A stretch of 62,256 nt of DNA from a virus. Location: UHGV virus genome UHGV-0344594. One strand, given 5' to 3'. Position numbers and translations under genes: made by a program. Shown piece after piece: positions 35,167 through 43,213 of the stretch. Numbering within the stretch: position 1 is the stretch's first letter; each line of letters starts with the position of its first letter. Under the pieces are notes generated by a model. That model saw only the letters and a list, made by a program, of their open reading frames with translations. It was not told the DNA's origin and ran no database searches.

Positions 35167-37647
35167 TTAAGAGACGCGATACCAGGCGGCCAGCACTACG
35201 TAGGCGTTCTTCACGCCCAGGGACTGACCGCTACCTAAATTCTCTGTCTGACCGGTCACTGAGTGGTCATGCGCGCCGAGATCGACGGTGTGGTCATGCG
35301 CACCAGCTGCCGACGTTGTGCCAAATCCGCCTTCTGCTGAACCGGCAACAGGGTTATCGCTGCCACCCTGTTTCTGCACTCCTGTACCCCAGGTGTGGGT
35401 ATGCTGGCCGTTGTTTGACGTGGTTTTCGTACCCAAGTCTTTGTTCGCCGCTGTACCGCTGATCGATACCTGTGTTGCAGGGAGATTCGCGCGAGCGATG
35501 GTTACGCTGTCAGCACCTCCAGTCTGCAGCAGGTCGCTGCCGTCTGCTTTCGCCAGCCGCACGGTCTTCTCCAGACCAGGAACTAGGATCCAGGTCTGCC
35601 CGCTGTATTTGGCGTTCGGGTTGACGTTGGTTGCGAACCAGTGAACTACGCCAGGCTCAAAGGTCTTGTTGCGTGTGAGAGCCATAAGCTCGCTGACGCG
35701 CAGGCTGTAGTCAGTGCCGTTGTGGTTGACCAGCAGCAGATCAGCATCGGCAACTTCCGACGCTGAAATCGGGTTGAGCGAAGTCAGATAGTCGAGGGAT
35801 ACACCAGCCATAATAGGATCCAGTAGTCTGAGTTTGAAAGCCTGTGCGGTCGCCCAGTCGTCCTGGACTATGCCGCCTGTGTCGCCGCTGTTCGGGTTGA
35901 ACGCCCAGTAACAGAAGCTGATACCTTCGCTGCCAGCGGGTAGATCGATATCGCCGTCGCCGTCGAAATCGCCGTTCATGTACAGCTCAAGGTGATAAAG
36001 CCACTGGCACTCGTATTCCGCGTGCGGGGCAATCCCCAGCTCTCCAGCACCATTGGTGCCGAACTTACCGCCGAACTCGCCAATCCAGACCGGCGCGATG
36101 CCGTTCTCTACGATAAAGCCCCAGTGCGAGCGCCATACCTCATAGAGATTCATGGGCCAGTTTGCCGGAAGCGCCTCGCCATCGTAGGCAAGCCAGGATT
36201 GCTGGCCTACCGACTGGCCGTATTCATGAGGCGAGTAGACGACGCGGTTCGCCTGGTTCAGCTTAACCGGTCGAGACGCCACGCCAGCGAGCTGGCCGCC
36301 CCACCAGTAGCTTTCGCCGTTGAAGGAACCGACACCCTCAACAAAAATCAGCCAGTGAGGCGCAACCTGGTGGATAGCATTGCCGCATTGCTCGGCATAA
36401 TCAGCCCATACCGGCCAGGACAGAGAATACGGCTCATTATGCAGGTCAGCACCCAGCACATATTCGTTATCCACGAACTGCTGCGCCAGCGCCTTCCAGT
36501 TGGCGATCCACGTTGCCAAGGGGTACGTGTCACTGACCGGTGAACCATCAGCGCCACTCCCGGCCGTGCGGCGGTGGTGGTCAAGGATAACGTAAATTTC
36601 CTTCTCTGCGCAGTACGCGATGATGGCGGACAGCACTTCGAGAGCCGTTTTACCGACCAGCGTCGGGTTCAAGTCGTAATTGATGACGCCGGAAGCCACA
36701 CCGCGCCCGACGGTCAGCAGATCGCCACTGAAAGGCAGGCGGACGGAGTTAAAGCTCATCGCCTTAATCTGGTCGATGATGGCCTTATAGCCCCGCGCCC
36801 AAAGCCCATGCGGCACGTAAACGTCAGTTTCTGCACCAAACCAGTTGATCGAGCGCAGGCGGAAGTTTTCGCCAGCGCCGGTGATCAGCTGGTTCCCGCT
36901 GGTGGTGATGCGGGTGCCTATTTCTGCGGTTCCGGTGAACGTAGCGTACTGCTTGCCGCCGTCGTTGATATCGATGGAGATCGAACCAGAAAAATCACCT
37001 GCAGCTTTCGGCGCGAATGTCACCGACAGGGGATATGAATCACCTGGCTGGAGAATTTCTTCGCTGCCGTTCTTCTGCCGGAAAGCTCCAGCGACGTTGA
37101 TAGCGCGCAGAAATACCGGGACTTCGCCCGTATTCGTCATGGTCAGCACCTGGGGCGCTGAAACCTGGTTCACGCCGGTGAGCGGGAATGCCAGAGAAGA
37201 CGGAGTGACGGTTATTTCAGGCAACTGAACAGGTTCAGGCTGCTTGCCCGGATGAGTGAAGCCTACCAGGACTACCGGCGGCCCCAGCAGCTCTACCCGA
37301 ACGATCATCGGCGCAGTACCGTGCGTGAAGCACACGAATTGATACTGCAGTACACGGCGCTCGCTGGTCATGAACTCCACGATCACCAGCTGGCGAACGT
37401 CATCGCCGCCACCTGCCAGCCAGATAACAATGGCGGCATCAGTAAATTGCAGGTTCGTGATGGTCAGCGGACCGTCTTCCGTGCGCGCGGCGCAGGCGGT
37501 GATGCGCTCGCTCGGCTCGATCCAGCTTTTGGCATCGAAAACCCATGCGTGCGTCTCTTCCGCCCGTTTTACCTGGCGCTCCATAATGCCGTTACCGATA
37601 TGCAGGACGGCATCATACTGAGATACGGGGAGATAGCCCGACTGCAT
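35167..37647 (-). CDS. tailspike/depolymerase with glycoside-hydrolase family 5 domain and His-rich fibre-tip C-terminus (826 aa)
   Basis: ATG 37647. GH5 motifs FNSVRLPF, ILDHHR, LHNEPYS (acid/base Glu) and IGEFGG (nucleophile Glu). The C-terminus carries HTHT/HDHT/HDHS motifs like fibre tips. Confidence 0.6.
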   Translation of the reverse strand: MQSGYLPVSQYDAVLHIGNGIMERQVKRAEETHAWVFDAKSWIEPSERITACAARTEDGPLTITNLQFTDAAIVIWLAGGGDDVRQLVIVEFMTSERRVLQYQFVCFTHGTAPMIVRVELLGPPVVLVGFTHPGKQPEPVQLPEITVTPSSLAFPLTGVNQVSAPQVLTMTNTGEVPVFLRAINVAGAFRQKNGSEEILQPGDSYPLSVTFAPKAAGDFSGSISIDINDGGKQYATFTGTAEIGTRITTSGNQLITGAGENFRLRSINWFGAETDVYVPHGLWARGYKAIIDQIKAMSFNSVRLPFSGDLLTVGRGVASGVINYDLNPTLVGKTALEVLSAIIAYCAEKEIYVILDHHRRTAGSGADGSPVSDTYPLATWIANWKALAQQFVDNEYVLGADLHNEPYSLSWPVWADYAEQCGNAIHQVAPHWLIFVEGVGSFNGESYWWGGQLAGVASRPVKLNQANRVVYSPHEYGQSVGQQSWLAYDGEALPANWPMNLYEVWRSHWGFIVENGIAPVWIGEFGGKFGTNGAGELGIAPHAEYECQWLYHLELYMNGDFDGDGDIDLPAGSEGISFCYWAFNPNSGDTGGIVQDDWATAQAFKLRLLDPIMAGVSLDYLTSLNPISASEVADADLLLVNHNGTDYSLRVSELMALTRNKTFEPGVVHWFATNVNPNAKYSGQTWILVPGLEKTVRLAKADGSDLLQTGGADSVTIARANLPATQVSISGTAANKDLGTKTTSNNGQHTHTWGTGVQKQGGSDNPVAGSAEGGFGTTSAAGAHDHTVDLGAHDHSVTGQTENLGSGQSLGVKNAYVVLAAWYRVS

Positions 37648-37663
37648 CGGGCGTCCCTGGTAC

Positions 37664-38281
37664 TCAGAAAAAGCTGGCTTTGGTGCGCTTTCTGGCACGC
37701 TGCTGCCCTCGCATGTTGTAGGCAAAATTCCGGTTAAGCATTGCGGTGAACTTGGCATCGAACACCGCCGCCATCTGCGGGTTAGTGAATGGCTGGTTCG
37801 GGATAAGCAGCAGTGTGGACAGGGCACCATCTGCCAGCGCCTGCGCGAACTGTTCGAAGAAGAACTGCGGCAGCTCTTCGGCGTCCTGCGACGGCTTCAG
37901 CCACATCGAGAGGCGAACCGTTCCAGGACTGCCTGCAGGGATCAGCTGAAGGGTATCCGGTAGCTGCTGCGAGAACCGGCGGGGATAGCCGTTGTCGTGA
38001 AACAACATATCCTCTGCGTAGCCAGTCGGCTCCAGCTCCTGCTCTTCGAACCAGGCCTTTTCGATCTCATAAAGTGCTGTTCCCGGCACGATGGCCGGGA
38101 TAACTACACGGCTTTCGCCGTCTGTCTCGAATTCGTCCACGTCGCGCCAGCAGCGCGTGCGCTCACATAACGTGATTGCGGCGTCGCGAAGGTGATCTAC
38201 GGCCAGCGGCTCCGGGCAACCTGGCGCGTACATGAGGACTTTCGGATACAGGTCTTCAATCGGTCTGTTGGGAGGCATCAT
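37664..38281 (-). CDS. virion structural protein (205 aa)
   Basis: ORF coupled to its neighbours. Confidence 0.4.
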   Translation of the reverse strand: MMPPNRPIEDLYPKVLMYAPGCPEPLAVDHLRDAAITLCERTRCWRDVDEFETDGESRVVIPAIVPGTALYEIEKAWFEEQELEPTGYAEDMLFHDNGYPRRFSQQLPDTLQLIPAGSPGTVRLSMWLKPSQDAEELPQFFFEQFAQALADGALSTLLLIPNQPFTNPQMAAVFDAKFTAMLNRNFAYNMRGQQRARKRTKASFF

Positions 38282-39006
38282 TGCTGCGTTACCCCCACAG
38301 CACCGCGACCAACGCCGGATTTGACGTTAGGCGACATGTTGGTTTCAACCGTGACCTGAATGCCCAGCTCGTTGGCGTACTGCTGATACCAGGCTGCGGC
38401 GCGTGCTGCGGCACCGGCTACCTGGGCGTCCTTCGCGTAAGCGCGGTGGAGAACGAAATACAGCAGCGCGTTCGAGTAGATTTCATTGACGGTGAGCGGC
38501 AGGTCGTAGCTTTCTAGGCTGTGAGCGTCAGCGCCATCAGCCAGGACGATAGCCTGCGGGATCTCCGACAAAACCGCCTCGATGTAGCCGGTGCCGTCGT
38601 TGCCGGGGTAGACATAGAATGCGCGCGGGTTAACCTCATCGAAAACGATGTGCTTGGCCTGCTGCCGGTACCGCACGGAATCAGGGTCATGCCAGGACGG
38701 ATTGACGGCATCCAGCGCATCGACGCCGACCACAGAGACGATCTTACGCGGCATCCTGTCCGACTTATCGCCGCGCATATTCCGCACCACGCGCAGAATT
38801 CCGTTATATTTCGTCGGGATGCTCTGATAGGTGCCTTCGTCCAGGGCCAGCGTGACAGTTACCGCCGTCGCGCTGGGCTTCTGCGTCACAATAGCCAGCA
38901 GGCCATCATTCAGCCACTTCAGCAGCTCCGGCAAATCCCAGCGAACGTAGCCCTCATCGAGCAGGAGAATTCCCGCCCGGTCCAGAAGCTCTTTCGCGGT
39001 CTTCAT
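38278..39006 (-). CDS. virion structural protein (242 aa)
   Basis: ORF. Confidence 0.4.
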   Translation of the reverse strand: MKTAKELLDRAGILLLDEGYVRWDLPELLKWLNDGLLAIVTQKPSATAVTVTLALDEGTYQSIPTKYNGILRVVRNMRGDKSDRMPRKIVSVVGVDALDAVNPSWHDPDSVRYRQQAKHIVFDEVNPRAFYVYPGNDGTGYIEAVLSEIPQAIVLADGADAHSLESYDLPLTVNEIYSNALLYFVLHRAYAKDAQVAGAAARAAAWYQQYANELGIQVTVETNMSPNVKSGVGRGAVGVTQQ

Positions 39007-39656
39007 CAGGAGATCCCCAGCAGGGTTTTAGCTGCAGCCTGGTCAGCGGCCTGCAGCAGCTGCCGACCGAAAGCGCCAGCATCTGAGATATTGGCCGCCG
39101 TGGGCTGGTAGTTACCTGCCTTCGCCTGGGTGGCAGTGGTGCCGATCACCAGGTTCGAGTTACCAATCCCCGCGCCGATGGCAGCGCGCGCTGCAGCGGC
39201 GTCAGCAGCAGTCAGGACGTTAGCGCCTACGGTACTAGCCCCCAGTGCTGTGCGTGCTGCTGCAGCATCGGCTGCGGTGAGCAGGTTTTTACCAACGGTG
39301 GAAGCGTCAGTAATATCTGCGCTGGTGATATCGCCGGAACCGCCGCCGGTGTCTCCACCTTTCGCCAGCACCATGAAAAACGTGTTGTTTGGACCGACTT
39401 CTGCCCGGCCCACCGGGTAAAAGCCGTTTGTCACAGCGTCGGCAAGCGCCTGGTTGAAACGCACCAGACCTACCGCCTTAATGACTTTGCAGGCATCGAC
39501 CGGCGTGCCGGTATCAACCATGACGATGCTCACATCGCCGTTGGAGATCGGGATTATCGAGCCATGCGGAGAAAAGCCGTCAGTGACAGCAGCAGCGATA
39601 AGGCCGTTCAGACGGTCCAGGCCGTCAGCGGAGATAACTTTGCAAGCATCGATCAT
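39006..39656 (-). CDS. structural protein with internal tandem repeats (216 aa)
   Basis: DACKVI.A.GL.RxN..A.AVT.GF.P.G occurs twice. TVG.N.LTAADAAAAR.A.GA is also repeated. Confidence 0.45.
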   Translation of the reverse strand: MIDACKVISADGLDRLNGLIAAAVTDGFSPHGSIIPISNGDVSIVMVDTGTPVDACKVIKAVGLVRFNQALADAVTNGFYPVGRAEVGPNNTFFMVLAKGGDTGGGSGDITSADITDASTVGKNLLTAADAAAARTALGASTVGANVLTAADAAAARAAIGAGIGNSNLVIGTTATQAKAGNYQPTAANISDAGAFGRQLLQAADQAAAKTLLGIS

Positions 39657-39665
39657 GGTTTCCCC

Positions 39666-40319
39666 TTACGCTTCGCTGATTGCGCGCTTCAGGTTGGCGG
39701 CGGTCATGCTCTTGGCCGGGTTACGCTTGAATACTTTCTTGTATTCAGCGCGCAGGGTTTCCAGCTCGTCTTCGGTGTCGATCTGGTCCGGGCCGTTAGA
39801 GGACTGCTCACCGGCATCGACGCCGTTCTGACCAGCGTCGGCAGTATCATCGGCGTTGTCTTCGTCTTCGCCGTCTTCAGCAGCGGCAGGAGTGCCAGCG
39901 ACAACCGCCGGGGCGGTCGGTACAGTGGCCTGTAGCTCCAGCAGCACCTGGTCAATCCATTCGGTACGATCTTCGTCGTCCAGCTCGTTCCATTCTTCCG
40001 GGGTCTTGCCGGAATCCTTCTGTGCCATTTCCACAACGTCAGCCAGCTCAATGGTACCGCCGGGGATATTGTAGACCGGGCTATGAAGTGCGCTGGTTTT
40101 CAGGTCGATTTTAACGCGCGGCTTCTCTTCTTCCTGCTCGCCTTCAGCGGAGCGATAGCCCTCAGTGATGCGCAGCAGCGTGGAAATGTGAGAGGCTTCG
40201 ATCACATCAGCGATATGGCGCGGATCGGACTCGCTCGGCTTGAAATGGTACTCAACGCGCGGGGCTTCTAGCTGTACGCGGGAACCGCCAGGGCGATGGA
40301 GGATGCATTCAATTTTCAT
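39666..40319 (-). CDS. acidic structural protein with C-terminal HeH/Rho-N-like motif (217 aa)
   Basis: C-terminus ELETLRAEYKKVFKRNPAKSMTAANLKRAI. Confidence 0.4.
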   Translation of the reverse strand: MKIECILHRPGGSRVQLEAPRVEYHFKPSESDPRHIADVIEASHISTLLRITEGYRSAEGEQEEEKPRVKIDLKTSALHSPVYNIPGGTIELADVVEMAQKDSGKTPEEWNELDDEDRTEWIDQVLLELQATVPTAPAVVAGTPAAAEDGEDEDNADDTADAGQNGVDAGEQSSNGPDQIDTEDELETLRAEYKKVFKRNPAKSMTAANLKRAISEA

Positions 40320-40370
40320 GGATATTCCTCGGAACGATGAAAAGACAGGGGCTTTCGCCCCTGCTGGTGA

Positions 40371-40835
40371 TTACTGCTGGTACTGCGCGATGGAGAGCAG
40401 CAGACCGATCTTCTTGCCTGCACCGGCGGTGACAGCTGCGGAGAACTTCACGCCGATGGAGCGGTCTTTCTGCGTCGGATCGACCAGCAGGGCGGCCGAC
40501 TTCGCCAGCTGGGTGACTTCAGCAGTCAGCGCAGCAGCTGCGAACAGCTCGGTACCAACGGTACGGGCGGAACCGTCTTCGTTGGTCGGCTCACCGGTGA
40601 GGCCGGACATAAGGCCAACATCAACGGTCGCCGCGCCCAGGCTTCCCACCGTGATCAGCTTCGCATCAACGATGCGGGCATACGGAGGGAGTACAGCCAG
40701 CTCAATGATATCGCCGCCAGCGATGCCCGCCGCCGGTACATCCATGATGTACAGCAGGTCATGCGCCGAAAATGCGGTTTGCGGGCGCGGGGGATTCAGC
40801 ATCCCTACTGCCCACGGAGATTGAATCAGTGCCAT
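40371..40835 (-). CDS. head-associated protein (154 aa; decoration?)
   Basis: ORF immediately downstream of the capsid gene. Confidence 0.4.
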   Translation of the reverse strand: MALIQSPWAVGMLNPPRPQTAFSAHDLLYIMDVPAAGIAGGDIIELAVLPPYARIVDAKLITVGSLGAATVDVGLMSGLTGEPTNEDGSARTVGTELFAAAALTAEVTQLAKSAALLVDPTQKDRSIGVKFSAAVTAGAGKKIGLLLSIAQYQQ

Positions 40836-40847
40836 GTGGTGATCCCC

Positions 40848-41951
40848 TTATGCTGCGTTCGGGTCTTTCGCTGCGGTGTCGATTGCCACCACGCCGAAAT
40901 CGCGCTTGTTGAAACGGGTCTTGCTGATGCCGATGATGGTACCGGCGGCAACAGACGGCTCGTTGTCGTAGTCAGCCAGCTTCTCTTTCCAGGTGAAGTT
41001 CAGGCCTTTGGTGGTGCCGTAAGCAACCACACCAGCCTGGCGGCCCAGGAAGAGCGCGCGGGCGGCTTTGACGTTGGACGCTGCGCCGTAGTCGCTGAAT
41101 CGGATAACGTCGCGGTGCTTGTGCAGCACGATGTCATCGATCATACCCAGGCCACCTTTGAAGATGACGTTGGCTTTACCTTCAGCAGCGGCAGCAGCTT
41201 TCTGGATATCCAGCCAGCCCGCACCGGCTTCGGTACGCAGGTCAAACGCCTGGGTCGGGTTCATGACCATCACGTAGTGGTCGCTGCCGCCGATAGGGAT
41301 CGGGAGCAGGTTGGCGCTACGCGGGTCCAGAGCACGCATCATCGCTGCCTTATGGCTCGCCTTCTCGATCAGCAGGCGGCTCATCTTGTCGTCAGCGGTC
41401 AGGGTGGCTTTGCTGGTGGCGGAACCGCCGAACAGCAGGTGCTGGCCGTCCGGGGTGCGGATCGGGTTGCCTGCGTGTCCTGCGTAGTTGGCCGGGAACG
41501 ATTCATAGTTCTCGTTCATGCCGCGAGCGCCAGACAGGTAGATGAAGAACATCTGGTCGATGTACTGGCCCCACCATTCGGACAGGCGTTTTTTCGCAAC
41601 GTCACGCAGATCGTGAGCGGTACGCTTGCGGGTCATCTTGCCGCCGCAGGAAACGGACTTACGCAGCTGGTCAATGATGATTTCGTCGGAGAAGAACTTC
41701 AGCTGTTCTTCGTTGCCTTCCAGACGCTGGTCGCCGGAAACCGGGCCGCCGCGTAACTGGACGGAGAGATCGAAGCTAATGCGGTCGCCCACGTCAGCAT
41801 CGAGTTCGGTCTTGCGCTGGATTACTGCGTCATCACCTTTACCGATGAATTTTTCCCAGTAGCTCTTCCCCAGCGTTTCCGCGTAGAGACGCGCCGACCA
41901 TTTTTTCTGCGCCTGGACATCATTGCCCCAGGTGATAGTGGTTTGGCTCAT
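40848..41951 (-). CDS. major capsid protein (367 aa)
   Basis: Follows the scaffold gene, has a strong RBS (GAGGG) and is preceded by the conserved late leader element. Confidence 0.6.
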   Translation of the reverse strand: MSQTTITWGNDVQAQKKWSARLYAETLGKSYWEKFIGKGDDAVIQRKTELDADVGDRISFDLSVQLRGGPVSGDQRLEGNEEQLKFFSDEIIIDQLRKSVSCGGKMTRKRTAHDLRDVAKKRLSEWWGQYIDQMFFIYLSGARGMNENYESFPANYAGHAGNPIRTPDGQHLLFGGSATSKATLTADDKMSRLLIEKASHKAAMMRALDPRSANLLPIPIGGSDHYVMVMNPTQAFDLRTEAGAGWLDIQKAAAAAEGKANVIFKGGLGMIDDIVLHKHRDVIRFSDYGAASNVKAARALFLGRQAGVVAYGTTKGLNFTWKEKLADYDNEPSVAAGTIIGISKTRFNKRDFGVVAIDTAAKDPNAA

Positions 41952-41984
41952 AATGTGCCCTCAAGAACGTGCGGTGTGTCGGGA

Positions 41985-42019
41985 TCGCCGCACGTCTTGC
42001 GCAGCATTACGTTTCGATT
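41985..42019 (-). promoter_or_regulatory. conserved 21-nt leader element (copy 2, upstream of major capsid)
   Basis: Identical TCGCCGCACGTCTTGCGCAGC plus GTTTCGATT, as at 11059-11099. Confidence 0.5.
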
Positions 42020-42049
42020 ATCGAATGACTGTTGCTGAAATGCAAACAC

Positions 42050-42259
42050 TCATGTCATGGCAATGGCTGTTTTGCTTGGAATGTCAACCTCCTGTTGCCC
42101 CTCTACAGCGCCGGGGCGCTTATCGCAGTGAATAATTACGCTTTCCGGCGCTTCGATTATAAAGCTGCACCGTTTACCGGCCTTCTTCACCATACGCACG
42201 GTTGCGTCGCCAATTTTCAGCACGTCGCCCTCGCGCAAATCGAATTTAAGTGCCCCCAC
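42050..42259 (-). CDS. CsrA-family RNA-binding protein homologue (69 aa)
   Basis: ..LREGDVLKIGDATVRMV..IEAPESVIIHCDKRP parallels CsrA ([33 protein letters not shown]). Confidence 0.5.
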   Translation of the reverse strand: MGALKFDLREGDVLKIGDATVRMVKKAGKRCSFIIEAPESVIIHCDKRPGAVEGQQEVDIPSKTAIAMT

Positions 42260-42270
42260 GCTGTTTCTCC

Positions 42271-43206
42271 TTATCGACGGGTGTATGCGTCGTATTCGTC
42301 GGCGCTCATGCGGGCGATAGTCTCCTGGTACTTCTGAGGATCGCTATCAGCCATGCGGTCGAGTGCTGCGAACTTGCCATCGTCGGTATCTTCCGGCGCG
42401 GCGGCGGGCACCTTCGCCAGTGTCGGGGGGATATCCAGCGCCTTTTGCTGCTGCTTCGGCTGCTGTTGCTGCTGCTGGGCCGCCTGCTCCTGCTTCGGAT
42501 CTTCGTTCGCCGGTTTTGGCGGTGCAATGCCGCGCTCATCGGCCCAAATGCGATACGCCCGCTCCAGGTCAGCCTCACCATAGCGCAGACCCTGCTCTGC
42601 CTTCGCCTTCGTGATGCTCTGCACCAGTATGTCGAGGGCTTTAAAGTCCTCTTCGCTGGCGTAAATTTCAGGGTGACGTTCAGCAAATGCCTTCACATCG
42701 GCCTGCCACTGGCGCTCGATCTGCTGTTCGACGCTTTCGCGGTTCAGCTCGTCTTTGCGCTGCTGCCAGTCCAGATCCCCGCGCTCTTTGTTCAGCTCGC
42801 GCAGCTGGGCATTATATTCGCGGGTGGTAAGCTCACCCTCTTCGAACTTCTCGATCAGCTCTTCTTCGCGCTTATCGATATCGTCATACTTAGCCTTCAG
42901 CTCTTCGGTTGCCACCGGCTTAAATACCGGCTGTGGCACCGGCGCTTCAGACTGCTGGGCCTTCTGCTGCTCCTGTTGGCCCTGCTGCTCTTCCTGCTGC
43001 TGCTGCTCTTCCGGTTTCCCATCTTTCTCAGGATCTGGCTTTTTGTCCTGGTCGGTGTCCTGCTCTTCTTCCTGCTGCTGTTGCTGCTGGGCGGCAACCT
43101 GCTCAAGATCCACCTCCTGGTGCTCGGAATCACTATCCGGCGCTTCCAGGGCTGCGCGCTCTTCTTCGGTCAGGTTAGCCAGAATGCTTTCATCGATATC
43201 AGCCAT
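42271..43206 (-). CDS. scaffolding protein (311 aa, acidic, Gln-run coiled coil)
   Basis: Lies between portal and capsid. Highly charged with poly-Q/E tracts. Confidence 0.6.
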   Translation of the reverse strand: MADIDESILANLTEEERAALEAPDSDSEHQEVDLEQVAAQQQQQQEEEQDTDQDKKPDPEKDGKPEEQQQQEEQQGQQEQQKAQQSEAPVPQPVFKPVATEELKAKYDDIDKREEELIEKFEEGELTTREYNAQLRELNKERGDLDWQQRKDELNRESVEQQIERQWQADVKAFAERHPEIYASEEDFKALDILVQSITKAKAEQGLRYGEADLERAYRIWADERGIAPPKPANEDPKQEQAAQQQQQQPKQQQKALDIPPTLAKVPAAAPEDTDDGKFAALDRMADSDPQKYQETIARMSADEYDAYTRR

Positions 43207-43213
43207 AAGTTCC

